DNA of 64,000 nt, from positions 216,256,001 to 216,320,000 of the forward strand of contig OZ024740.1 in assembly GCA_964016885.1 (NCBI GenBank), in the 5' to 3' direction. The position numbers and the translations under genes were made by a program. Below the pieces are notes generated by a model that did no database searches, had not been told where the DNA came from, and saw nothing but the letters and a program-made list of their open reading frames with translations. Each line of letters begins with the position of its first letter. The first letter of the stretch is position 1. Shown piece by piece: positions 41,618 to 54,137 of the stretch. Source of the stretch: Eledone cirrhosa. Lineage: Eukaryota.

Positions 41618-41966
41618 GGAGGCACATGGCTTAGTGGTTAGAGCATTGGCCTTGCAATCAAAAGGTTGTGAGTTCAATTCTCAGACCGGGTGATGTGTTG
41701 TTTCCTTGAGCAAGACACTTTATTTCACATTGCTCCAGTTTACTCAGCTGTAGAAATGAGATGATAGGGACTGGGGACCCTATCACTCCACTGCAAAGTG
41801 GTCGTGGAGGTGCCATGGCAAAAAAGCACCCAGCACTCACTGTAAATGAGGTTGGTGTTAGGAAGGGCATCCAGCTGTAGAAATCAAACCAGAATCAGTT
41901 CCCGTCCCACCCTTGCAAGCAGGGAAAAAGCGGACGTAAAATGAAATGATGATGACGATGATGATG
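41618..41966 (+). mobile_element. CORE-type SINE with RTE-derived 3' tail
   Basis: Close match to 38474-38816 along its whole length. Confidence 0.85.
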
Positions 41967-41967
41967 T

Positions 41968-42095
41968 CAGATAGAATGCTTTATGGTATTCGTTCCAGCT
42001 CTTTGCCCTCTCAGTTCAAATCCCACTGAGGTCAACTTTGCCTTTCATCCTTTCGAGGTCGATAAAAAAAGTACCAGTCTAGTATTGGGGTCGAT
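41968..42095 (+). mobile_element. older Nin/Deu-type SINE
   Basis: gttcaaatcccactgaggtcaactttgcctttcatcctttcgaggtcgataaaaaaagtaccag. Confidence 0.65.
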
Positions 42096-42449
42096 TTTTC
42101 TCTCTCTAGAAAAAGATCTGCTGTTCTTAGGCCTGGAGAGGGATGGGATCCACCAGGCTTATAATGCCCAAGAAATGCCATATGTCAATACGGCACCCTT
42201 ATGACTCTATCATGAGTTACTGGACCATACATATATAATATATTTGTTATAAATATATATATAATCATACAGTCAAACATTTACTGAATGAGCAAATAAT
42301 AGAAGCTGCAGAGTAAATTGTTTCTTTCTTTCTTGAAGAAAAGAGTTTGGTGATTAAAGACATTAATAAAATGTGTGTGTATTTACTGAATGCTGAAGAA
42401 TGAAGTAAACACATATATATTATTTAAAGTTTCTCCTTTCACCCTATAC

Positions 42450-42700
42450 CGGAGGTTGTGAATTTGATTCTTGGATTGGGTGGTGAATTGTGTCCTTGAG
42501 CAAGACACTTTATTTTGTATTGCTTCACTTTACTCAGCTGTAGAGGTAAGTTCTGATGTCAGAGATGTCGACTTGTATTGACCTTTGTCTTTCTTTTGGA
42601 CAACATACAACATTGGTGGCATGGAGAAGGGAGACTGGCATACAAGGGTGACTGCTGGTCTTCCACAACTACCTTGCCCAGACTTGTGCCTCAAAAAGGG
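42450..42700 (+). mobile_element. decayed CORE-type SINE
   Basis: Homologous to 38876-39198. Confidence 0.65.
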
Positions 42701-42702
42701 TG

Positions 42703-42740
<38 letters not shown>

Positions 42741-42742
<2 letters not shown>

Positions 42743-43397
42743 CAAACAAAGGGAGAAATTAGGAATAAGAAGGATCAGATGTTGTTTACTCGAGAGAAGA
42801 CTACGTTGGTACGGTCACGTGATGCGCATGAAAGACGACAGCTGTATAAAAAAGTGCAGGGCGATAAAAATAGACGGTAGCCACGGAGTAGGCAGACCCA
42901 GAAAAACCTGGGACGACTTGATAAATTCCGACCTCACACACTTACACCTCTCCAAGTCAATGTCACTGGACCGATATCTTTGGCGCTACACAGTAATAGA
43001 GAAGACCCGCCTTGCCTAAGTACAAAGTGAAACCTACAGTCAGTAGGCACTTCTAACAAAATACACACCCGTCCCATTACCCCCCCCCCCCCCCCCCTTA
43101 AATGTGAAGTTATGTTGGTACCACAACATCCAGTCCGAAACAAATGAGGTCGTGTAGGTGTCATGACAAAAAACACACAGTCCACGCTGTAATCTGGCTG
43201 TGTAGGTAGCACGGTAAAAACCTCCCAGTCCACACTGTAAACTTGGTTGGTGTTAGGAAGGGCATCCAGCCGTAGAAAACCCGCCAGACAGTCCTATACG
43301 AGCAGGACAACCAATCTTGCCTCAGTGGGAAAACTCCCATCCAAACCCATGCAAACGTGGAAGATGGACGTTAAACGATGATGATGACGATGATGAT
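42741..43397 (+). mobile_element. short 5'-truncated copy of the 32574 RTE LINE
   Basis: [40 protein letters not shown], plus UTR and (gat)n tail. Confidence 0.9.
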
Positions 43398-43832
43398 ATA
43401 TATATATATATATATATATAATAGTATACATTTGCATATAATTATTCCCCCTCCTCATATATATGGTAAATATTCATTCAGCTGTTAAATAATGGTGATG
43501 ATTATATATTTATTACATATAAATATATAACACACATATATATATATATATATTGACATATATTGTGTCTGTATAATACATATGGTTATGCAAGTGTGTG
43601 TATATATGTACATACATAAATAGTTTTATGTGCATATTTAAATATATATGTATTTGCGTGTGTGATATATTGCATGTTTTCATTATAATCACCATTTAGC
43701 ATCTATTTTCCTTGTTCATGCCGTTTTTGTCTCGGCTATGACACCCAGATGCCCTTCCTAACACCAACCACTTGACACAGCGTACTGGGAGTATTTTATC
43801 ATGCCTTGTGTGTGTGTGAATATATATATATA

Positions 43833-44263
43833 TGTAGAGGTTATATTTAATTTGTTGGGATACAACAAGCAAAATATTTTTATATAACTGATATAAAGCA
43901 CTCAACAAATTATTGGAGTAAATATACAATATATTAACAAATGGAAACTATACTTATAAAACCATATTTATTTCATTATACATATTTCAAGGGCCACCAA
44001 GGCAAACTATGGTGCGCTTTCATCAGATAAAATATAATATAGGTTATTTTTTTTTATAAATAAATATTGACATACCCTATCCAGGAGTTTCCAACCAGAA
44101 TGGTTGCATTTTTTCAGGGTATGTCAATATTTATTTATAAAACTAACCTATATTATATTTTATCTAATGAAAGTGCACCATAGTTTGCCTTGGTGGCCCT
44201 TGAAATATGTGTAATGAAATAAATATGGTTTTATAAATATAGTTTCCATTTGTTAATATATTG
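43833..44263 (-). mobile_element. fold-back hammerhead element family A, copy 3
   Basis: Intact motif on minus strand 43969-44034; the plus-arm copy has the core mutation CTAATGA (44164). Confidence 0.85.
43969..44034 (-). ncRNA. type I hammerhead ribozyme motif
   Basis: tattttat-CTGATGA-aagcgcacca..tggtggccctt-GAAA-tatgtATA-atgaaata. Confidence 0.75.
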
Positions 44264-44367
44264 TGTATATATATATATATATATATATACTAACCCATGC
44301 TAGCATGGAAGAACGGATGTAAAACGGTGATGATGACATACACAGGGATGCTTAATATATATATATG

Positions 44368-44414
<47 letters not shown>

Positions 44415-44584
44415 CCCTGGATTTCACAAAATTCTGTGGATAAATCTGTCTTAATTTTCTTTTGAATTGAGTTTGAATTATTTCCCCACATCTTAGGTTA
44501 ACTATTTTTCCATTTTGACGTTATAGTCACTTATATATTATGAAATACTGTTGGCTTCACGCTCACAACAATTTCTATACTTTC

Positions 44585-44647
<63 letters not shown>

Positions 44648-45354
44648 CATCCCTTTGTGTTGTACATAGGTATATAACACTATTGTGTAATTGTATATAA
44701 ACATAATGCAGAAACATCTTAATTTTTATACCTATTTACTCTCTCTCTCTCTCCCTCTTTCTCTCTCTCCTCTCTCCCGCCCCTCTCTCTCTCTCTCTAT
44801 ATATATATATATTATTTATGTGTATGCGTGATTGGTGTTAGTAAGGACATCCAGCTGTAGACATGAGGCTCCCAGTACACGCTGTGAAGTGGTTGGTGTT
44901 AAGAAGGACATCCAGCCATAGAAACCAAGCCAAAACAAAGCGTATGAGCAGGACCTAGTAACCTGCCCAGTCTGGTCTCAGTGTTTGACAGCTGTCTAAT
45001 CCATGCAAACATGGAAAATAGATGTTAAATGATGATGATATATTTATTTAATGCATTTATGTTTCAAAGAAAATACTCGTGTATATTATATATTTTATAA
45101 ATATATATTATATATTTTAGATGAGGATTTTACTTGTTTAAACTAGTGAGACTATTGTTCAGCAGAATACTCAATACTTGACATAGTAAATATTGTAGAA
45201 AGTTAGAGGCCAACGGCTGAGGTCTTGCCATTTCGACAGCAAATTCCAAGCATAAACATATAACTATTTTGAAATTTATTCACAGTTGTATAAAGAACAT
45301 TAGACATTATTTATAATTCTTACAGAATGAAAATAATATATATATATATATATA

Positions 45355-45781
45355 TACGATATATTAACAAATGGAAACTATATTTATAAAACCATATTTA
45401 TTTCATTATACATATTTCAAGGACACCAAGTTAAATTATGGTGTGCTTTCATCAGATAAAATATAATATAGATCAGTTTTATAAATAAATATTGACATAC
45501 CCTTAAAGAATGCGACCATTTCTGTTGGAAGCTCCCTTTTAAAGGTATGTCAATATTTATTTATAAAACTGATCTATATTATATTTTATCTGATGAAAGC
45601 ACACCATAATTTAACTTGGTGTCCTTGAAATATGTATCATGAAATAAATATGGTTTTATAAATATAGTTTCCATTTGTTAATATATCGTATTTTTACTCC
45701 AATAATTTGTTGAGTGCTTTATATCAGTTATAAAAATATTTGCTTGTTGTATCCCAACAATTTAAATAGAACTTCTACATT
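45355..45781 (+). mobile_element. fold-back hammerhead element family A, copy 4
   Basis: About 150-bp inverted arms, each with a complete motif (minus 45399-45463, plus 45582-45646); tail on the right; TA flanks. Confidence 0.88.
45582..45646 (+). ncRNA. type I hammerhead ribozyme motif (AUC site)
   Basis: tattttat-CTGATGA-aagcacacca..tggtgtcctt-GAAA-tatgtATC-atgaaata. Confidence 0.8.
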
Positions 45782-45846
45782 TATATATATATATATATAT
45801 TAATTCAAAATATTAATAAATATAGACATTCAAATTAATCAAAATA

Positions 45847-45911
45847 TATTTTATTATATATATTTCGGAGGTTTTCGGCTGTTTTTTCAGTACGGCTCAT
45901 CAGATAAAATA
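45847..45911 (-). ncRNA. family A-related hammerhead motif with an unrelated helix II
   Basis: tattttat-CTGATGA-gccgtactg..cctcc-GAAA-tatatATA-ataaaata. Confidence 0.55.
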
Positions 45912-45920
45912 TATAAATTG

Positions 45921-46233
45921 ATGTAGGCAACACGGTAAAAACCTCCCAGCCCCACACTGTAAATGTGGTTGGTGTTAGGAAGGGCATCCAGCTGTAGAAA
46001 ACCCGCCAGACAGTCCACGCTGTAATGTGGCCGTGTAGGCAACACGGTAAAAACCTCCCAGCCCCACACTGTAAATGTGGTTGGTGTTAGGAAGGGCATC
46101 CAGCTGTAGAAAACCCGCCAGACAGTCCTATGCGAGCAATGACAACCACTCTTGCCTCAAGTGGGAATACCCCCGTCCAAACCCATGCAAGCGTGGAACA
46201 TGGACGTTAAACGATGATGATGATGATGATGAT
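45921..46233 (+). mobile_element. RTE LINE 3' UTR fragment with internal duplication
   Basis: Matches 33826-34049; the tgtaggcaacacgg..gacagtcc segment occurs twice. Confidence 0.85.
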
Positions 46234-46420
46234 GTATGACATACCTCAACTGTGCTGATGCTTCAATTCCAGTCTTGGCAATCAACGATTAATCAATGAA
46301 CCTTGTTTAACTTTTGGTTATATATATATATATATGAAATGTATATATGACGTATAACGTATATATAAATAATATATGTATAAACCCATGCTCGCGTGGA
46401 AGATAAACATTAAATGATGA

Positions 46421-46456
<36 letters not shown>

Positions 46457-47130
46457 ACTAACTATTGTGTAACCACTTCCACCTAACTCATCCCATGGAC
46501 TGAGTGCTCTACCACTACGGATATTACCTTCCAGTGTTCTACCACTATATATGTGTATTTATATATATGTAGTATATATATATATATGTATTTATATATA
46601 TGTAGTATATATATATAATATATATATATGTAGTATATATATATATAATATATATATATAATGTATGTATAAATAATTGCTTCGACTTTTGGCACAAGGC
46701 CAGCAAATATTCCAGTGCATTACTAGTGCTTTATTTTATCGACCCCGATTTAGACAATATATATATATATATAATATATATGTATATATGTGTATGTATC
46801 CTGTGTTTTGTACACAAATCTTACAGATGTAAATTAAAATGATTCAGTGGGTTGTGTACGTAAAGTTAATATATTTATATATTAGTTTTACTAAGTTAAT
46901 CCTTGCAATTGAATGAAATTAATTCTGTCAAATTAGTATATAAAATGTGTGTGTATATGTACACACACACACGTACTCTTTTACCCGTTCCAGCCATTCG
47001 GCTGAGGTCAAGCTGGGGCATCGCCCTTGATATATATATATATATATATATATATACTTTGACTATAGGATTAAGTATTTTATATTCTATAATATATATA
47101 TTCACACTTGATGTGTGTATATATATATAT

Positions 47131-47274
47131 CAATAATATTAATAAATGGAAACTATCTTTATAAAACCATATTTATTTTATTATATATATTTCAAGGGTA
47201 CCAACATTCTTTTGGTACGCTCTCATCAGATAAAATACAAAAGTTGAATAACCAACAAATTAAATAAATCTTTG

Positions 47275-47277
<3 letters not shown>
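47131..47277 (-). mobile_element. family A single arm with hammerhead (47174-47237)
   Basis: tattttat-CTGATGA-gagcgtacca..tggtaccctt-GAAA-tatatATA-ataaaata between TA tracts. Confidence 0.8.
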
Positions 47278-47313
<36 letters not shown>

Positions 47314-47316
<3 letters not shown>

Positions 47317-47593
47317 TGGCGAAGGATAACCTGGAAAGCAGGGCATGCAGTCCAATCGCCATGGCGGAAAGTGGGGCTGTGCAGCCTTACCCCCCCCCCC
47401 CCCAATTCCCTCTAAATGACCCTTCTGCTCAAAGCCGCATGTAGTGTTATCTAGTGTGTGTTATCTTTTTTTGTGTCTATACGTTTTAGTAAGCAGCCAA
47501 AATTCTGCTTGCTTCAACCGATGCAATTGATCAACCTCAAGATTCTATAACGCATGCACTGCATGCATTGCATGCACGGACCCTTCGCCCCTG
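47314..47593. mobile_element. hAT-like MITE
   Basis: TIRs cagtggcgaagg and ccttcgcccctg, inserted in (TA)n. Confidence 0.7.
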
Positions 47594-47609
47594 ATATATA
47601 TATATATAT

Positions 47610-47724
47610 AATTGTTTCTACTTTTGGCACAATGCCAGCAAATAGCCAGTACATTACTGGTACTTTATTTTATCGACCCCGTAAGGATGAAAGGCAAAGT
47701 TAACCTCGGCGGGATTTGAACTCG
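47610..47724 (-). mobile_element. Nin/Deu-type SINE fragment
   Basis: Reverse match to 38061-38250. Confidence 0.75.
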
Positions 47725-47972
47725 TTTAGTTATAAATTTATAGGCATTGAAATGATAAAACCTTTTACTGCTATGATGCTTCTGTACTTGAGTCCTTCCC
47801 ATTGTTGCTTTCTTTTTCTGTATATTTTATTGAACAACATTCCACGTCTCTATTATTTCTTTATATGTATTTCTATCTGTTAGAAATGTAATAAAATTAG
47901 GACTAACCTGAAAATATATATATATATAACTGACTGTATAATGAGCTTTCTGTTGGCGAAACTTAGTACCAG

Positions 47973-48017
<45 letters not shown>

Positions 48018-48096
48018 TAACGTATCTATCAACATATTTGTCTGTGAATATATGTTATATTGATAATATAATATGGATATAAATATGTGCTGTATA

Positions 48097-48174
48097 TACA
48101 GGGTGACCCTTAAAAATACATACAAAAATTCATTCTAATAAAAATACGTATGCATTTTTGTAGGACATCTTGTA
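48097..48174. mobile_element. 78-bp Tc1-type mini-MITE
   Basis: tacagggtgacccttaaaaatacatac and gtatgcatttttgtaggacatcttgta are imperfect TIRs with TA ends. Confidence 0.55.
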
Positions 48175-48184
48175 TTTATATATA

Positions 48185-48237
<53 letters not shown>

Positions 48238-48443
48238 GTAGATAAATCTACCAAAATGTACAAAGACAGCATATATATGTGTAGGTATGTATATTCCCTC
48301 TGATAGTTTGTAAAAATGTTACATAGATCTATAGGATATGCATACCAACACTAATACATATATATCCTAGAAACGATCGTAAAATGATGAATTTTTTAAT
48401 ATAAGGAACTGATTCTTTGTTTATTCATTATTTTATTAATTTA

Positions 48444-48496
<53 letters not shown>

Positions 48497-48740
48497 ATAA
48501 ATTTGAAGATTCTTTGCTTAAACTTTAATCTGTTATTTTAATAAATATATATATGTATATATATATATGAGATATTTATTTAATAATGTCTCATATAAAA
48601 TAATACAACCAATTATCCACGAAATACTGATTAGTTAGCGCCCCAAACACTAAATTGGGATAATACTTAAGTATATCCTAATGTTTGTTGAGTGAGATGG
48701 AGTTGGTCGGAGTATCGCTTAAGGCTTTCTCTGTTTATGT

Positions 48741-48814
<74 letters not shown>

Positions 48815-48818
<4 letters not shown>

Positions 48819-48970
48819 AACAAGTAAGACCCCGACGGCTGAGCTCAAGCCGTCGAAACGGCTTGAGCTCAGCCGTCGGAGTCTTACTTGTTCCTATTAC
48901 CCACTCTACTATCCTCAGTATTGAGTACTTTGGTGCGTTATGGTCCACCTGGTTCCTTACATTTCCTTCG

Positions 48971-48973
<3 letters not shown>
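48815..48973 (+). mobile_element. fold-back element family B, copy 5 (shortest centre)
   Basis: taggaacaagtaagaccccgacggctgagctcaagccgt-cgaa-acggcttgagctcagccgtcggagtcttacttgttccta plus the shared tail. Confidence 0.8.
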
Positions 48974-49015
<42 letters not shown>

Positions 49016-49368
49016 ATATAAATAAACGTATCTATCTATATTTGTGTGTGAATATATATTATAGTGTATATTGACGGTATATGGACTTAGACATTTGGTG
49101 TGTGTGTATTATAGAAGATATTACAGAATTCCATACTGAAAGTGAAGTGGTTTATTACGTCTGATTTAGTCGCTTGTTCCTGCAGAGTTTCTGACTGTGG
49201 TCAGTTCTTTAGACAAGGAAAACATCTGGATCCATAGAATTCTTCGTTTTCCTCTCTTCCCACTCATTTATTTTGCTTTCACACACACACACATACGTAT
49301 ATATATATGTATATATACGTCTAACCCATGCTAGCGTGGAAGATGGACGTTAAACGAAGATGATGATG

Positions 49369-49402
<34 letters not shown>

Positions 49403-49472
49403 GTGTGTGTATATATATGTGTATATATATATATATATACACACATACACACATGATATATAAATCTGTATA

Positions 49473-49562
<90 letters not shown>

Positions 49563-49845
49563 ATATATATATATGTATATAAACATGCGAGAGAGAGAGA
49601 GGCGTTCAGCTTGGTTTTGTGAATAAGTAATGTTTGTATGTCGTAACAAGTGTTATATTTAAATATGTTGTAATTAGGAAGGGCATTCAACCATAAAATA
49701 CGACCTGAAGTAGCTTTGTCTGACCCATGCCAAAATATATAAACTGCCGTTAAACCGATGATAATGAGGGTTGTTTGTGTCTGTCAAACTTGGGTTTAAC
49801 TTTTATAATTTGGTCCAATATTGGCCCAGGCAATGTCTTGCTTAA

Positions 49846-49975
49846 TAATTGTTTCTACTTTGGGCACTAGGCCAGTAATTATGCCAGTACATTACTGGTA
49901 CTTTATTTTATCGACCCCGTAAGGATGAAAGGCAAAGTTAACCTCGGCGGGATTTGAACTCAGAATGGCAAGGGT
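49846..49975 (-). mobile_element. Nin/Deu-type SINE fragment
   Basis: Reverse match to 54138-54325. Confidence 0.75.
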
Positions 49976-50179
49976 CTTGCTTAGTAATAGTGAAGTTTTC
50001 TTTTATTTTATGACAGACACTATTGCTCACTGAAGTAAGGAGTTGGTAGAACCCTATCTAGATTTAGGGGGTTCATCAGGTATTTCTGGAAGGAATTTAT
50101 CCAGGTGCCGTTTGAAGGTTACGGGGCATCTTTCTTGATTTGTTTTGGTATACTATTATACACACACACACACACATAA

Positions 50180-50238
<59 letters not shown>

Positions 50239-50381
50239 AACACACACACTCACACATAAACAGTTTAACTTATGCCAAAGTCTCCTATATATATATGTGT
50301 TGTGTGTGTTTATGTACACACACATACATGTATATTTACCTATATGTGTGTGTTTAGATAGATTTCCTTATGTGTGATATA

Positions 50382-50439
<58 letters not shown>

Positions 50440-50989
50440 AATAATGAATCAAAACATATCAAATATGTTTAGAATTTTATGTTTCTCAATAAACATGCTC
50501 AATAGATTTATCTAGAGCCATAATAACCAAATGAATATATATATATATATATGTGTGTGTGTCTGTATGTATATACATACAGACCCACTTGCACGCGTTC
50601 TCCTCGTCACACGTAATGCTGTGGTTGAGTATAAGTGGTACAGGCACACTTGAGGAACTTTACTTCCCTAGTAGAAGTACTTAATACGGAAGTGTGTACT
50701 GTTCCATCTTTCTCTTCTAACTACAAATAAGTGTGTGAATTTTAGTTGAAATTTACCACATATACGGTTAGACTATATTAAATTGTACCCTAGACCATCT
50801 CACACCCTTTGCACACATACATACAAATATATGTATGTGTATATTATATATTTTAAATAACACGGTCCTATGTGTAAAAGCACATACCTATACAAACACA
50901 GTTATATTGTGTTGGTCAGTTATTTCCTATCACTTTTCCTAAAATATTTCTATCTTTTTGCTTCGCTTTTTTAGTTGCTTGTGTTACTA

Positions 50990-51530
50990 TGTCAGTCTAT
51001 CTGCCCGTCTGTCTGTCTATCTAACTGTGTCTGTCTATCTGTCAGTCTATCTAACTGTCTGTATGTCTGTCGGTCTAACTATCTGTCTATGTCTGTCTGT
51101 CTATCTAACTGCCTGTCTGTCAGTCTATCTAACTGTCTGTCTATCTAACTGTCTGTCTATCTGTCTGCCTGTCTATCTGTCTGTCTAACTATCTGTCTGT
51201 CTATCTAACTGTCTGTCTATCTGTCTGTCTAACTATCTGTCTGTCTATCTAACTGTCTGTCTAACTATCTGTCTGTCTGTCTAACTGTCTGTCTATCTGT
51301 CTGTCTAACTATCTGTCTGTCGGTCTAACTATCTGTCTATCTGTCTGTCTATCTAACTGTCTGTCTAACTATGTCTGTCTGTCTGTCAGTCTATCTAACT
51401 GTCTGTCTGTCTAACTGTCTATCTGTCTGTCTAACTGTCTGTCTGTCTAACTGTCTGTCTGTCTATCTAACTGTCTGTCTATCTAACTGTCTATCTGTCT
51501 GTCTGTCTATCTGTCTGTCTGTCTGTCTAT
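50990..51530. repeat. (TCTG)/(TCTA) compound tetranucleotide repeat
   Basis: ctgtctgtctatctaa modules. Confidence 0.93.
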
Positions 51531-51719
51531 CCCTTCCTTTCTGCCATACTATATATATATAGCAAGAAGTACCTACATATTAGATGTGTATATATTTATA
51601 CCCACTGGTGCAGCCTCGAGTAAACACTTAGTATTTATACAGATATAAAACTTTAATATACATACACTTCTCTTTCAATCTATATATCTATAGTATAAAA
51701 ACGAATTGACTAAGGTTGA

Positions 51720-51767
<48 letters not shown>

Positions 51768-51769
51768 TC

Positions 51770-52360
51770 AACTTTCCTCCCACTTTCTCCCTCCACCTCG
51801 GTAGTCTGACTATATTCTCCCCACCTTCTCTCTTGTCAATCTGTCTACTCCTCCTTCACCCCTCTCTCTCTCTCTCGACAGGTTATCTGTCCCCTCCTCA
51901 CCCTCTGTCTCCTCTCCTCCCTCTCCTACCTTCCCCCTGTTAGTCTGTCTATTCCTCCCACCTTCTCTCTCTCTCGACAGGTTATCTGTCTCCTCTCCTA
52001 CCTTCCCCCTGTTAGTCTGTCTATTCCTCCCACCTTCTCTCTCTCGACAGGTTATCTGTCCCCCCACCACACACTTCTGTCTCCTCTCCTCCCTCTTCTA
52101 CCTTCCCCCTGTTAGTCTGTCTATTCCCCACCTCTCTCTCACACCAGGTTTTCTGCCCCCCCCCCCCCCCCCTCCACACTTTCTGTCTACTCTCCTCCCT
52201 CTCCTACCTTCCCCCTGTTAGTCTGTCTATTCCCCCCACCTTCTCTCTCTCTCGCCAGGTTGTCTGTTCCCCCACCCACTTTCTGTCTACTCTCCTCCCT
52301 CTCCTAGCCCCCCGACCCCCTGTCAGTCTGTCTATCCCCCACCTCACACCCTGTCTACTG
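51770..52360. repeat. pyrimidine-rich degenerate minisatellite
   Basis: Repeats of ctcctaccttccccctgttagtctgtctattcc..ctctcgacaggttatctgtc. Confidence 0.85.
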
Positions 52361-52846
52361 CTAGAAGTGATAATGCCCCCACCCCTCAATATAGACATGC
52401 CACCATATATCACCTCTGATAAAGCGACAAATTCACACACTTAGTTTTTCCACTTTTTTTATTGTTTAATTTCTTTCGAGGACTTATTTTTGTTTTTGTC
52501 CTGTCTTAATTACACTCTCATTACTTTTCTCATCACCCTAAATTTATTAGTATTAGATTAGCTTAATTGCTATAAATTACTGTTTTGTCTTTCGTCTCTT
52601 ACTTCACTGGACCGCGTTTGGCTTATGTCAGACACTGTGACCTCGGGTGAACCTGCAGTACCGCTGGTAGGAGTCGAAACTGCCAAAGTCCATCTCAACG
52701 GCCGATGACCCTAGAGTTCTGTCTTTCGTTTATATTTTTTATTTTTTTAAAAACAATTTTTTAAGGTTCCCCTGAAAAAATTGTTTTTCGTTTTGCCTTG
52801 TTTTCGTTCGTTGTCTTGTCTTTTTGTTAGTTTTCCTAAGTTTATC

Positions 52847-52908
<62 letters not shown>

Positions 52909-52911
<3 letters not shown>

Positions 52912-53080
52912 CATGTCCTTAGAATTATTAGATAAAATATATACCATTTCCTTATGCTAATTGGGAGAGGAAATGGTATATATTTTATCTAATAATTCTA
53001 AGGACATGATTTGTGATATATTGCTCTGATTATTTAATTTATTAATTCTTCATTGAGCCACAATGTGACCGGTTGCCACA
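52909..53080 (+). mobile_element. fold-back element in a TA tract (family F)
   Basis: About 44-bp perfect inverted arms 52909-52953 and 52968-53011, about 70-nt tail, TA flanks. Confidence 0.65.
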
Positions 53081-53108
53081 TATATATATCTATGACTTTA
53101 TATATATG

Positions 53109-53162
<54 letters not shown>

Positions 53163-53164
<2 letters not shown>

Positions 53165-53420
53165 ATTACAATAGTGACAGAGACAGGTACTCAAATTTCG
53201 TTGGGTTCTGGGCCCCAATTTCTACAGCCTGTCATAAGAAAAATGAAAGACAAAGCTTTGTCTTTCATTTTTCTCATGATAGGCTGAAGAAATTGGGGCC
53301 CAGAATCCAACGAAACTTGAGTACCTGTTTCTATGTCACTATTGTAATTATTTATACTAAACTCGACCTATGGACCGAGAGCTCTTACTCTTGGATGTTC
53401 CCACTTAACTTTTACTTCAG
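53163..53420 (+). mobile_element. fold-back hammerhead element family D
   Basis: Palindrome 53163-53350 centred on aaagcttt, 70-nt tail, TA flanks. Confidence 0.8.
53278..53329 (+). ncRNA. type I hammerhead ribozyme motif (GUA site)
   Basis: gatagg-CTGAAGA-aattgg..ccaac-GAAAC-ttga-GTA-cctgtt; the mirror arm gives a perfect helix I gacagg/cctgtc. Confidence 0.65.
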
Positions 53421-54137
53421 TATATATATATATATATATATATAACTGGACTATTATATTGCAATAAATACTTCTTCGTTGGTTCTATGTTAAAATCGTT
53501 CACGGGTAGAGATAAAGCTCCGTCCCCATGGATGTCTCATCAAAATTAAAAGGTTCAAATTGTTATGAGCATGTAGTGATGTAAATCTTCTGCTACATTC
53601 AATTATGTGGTCTATGATTTTGTAAATCCTTTTCCAGCCATGACCATCTCACATTTATTCTTACTTTAGAAATAATATATTTCGGACACATTTTCCAACG
53701 TTTCCGTCCTTTTAAAAAAAACTTTAGTGTGTGGTTTGAGAAAGGTTTGCCTGCTATTTCTAGCATGATTGTATGATTGATTTGTGGTGTTCTAGACGTT
53801 TGCGGGAGCTGGGCCGCTGACATCGAAGTTCTTGTTGTCAGGTAATGCCTGTGTGGGTACTTGGTTGTTTTAAGCTCCTCAGCCTCGCCATCGAGGTAAT
53901 GCTGCAAGCATGTTGGCTTGCCTCAAAAACTTCCGTTGGCCCTTGTGATATGTGACCGACTGACGCACTTAGTGGTGAATTGATGGGTTTTTTCCCGTTT
54001 TTATAATATATTTTTGTGTATTATATTTATAATGTTCCTAGCAATAATTGATTGATTATATGTATATATCTCTATTTAATTTTATATGATAATAAAAATT
54101 AGAAGCTAAAAAACCCCCCATTATTTCATCTTCCTGA

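Noticed and set aside
50040-50090. Minus-strand CTGATGA-accc..gggt
   Set aside because: The stem is not followed by GAAA.
53800-53990. HDV-like ribozyme in the dispersed repeat
   Set aside because: The end resembles J4/2-P2, but I could not build P1, P3 and L3, and the catalytic C position is T.
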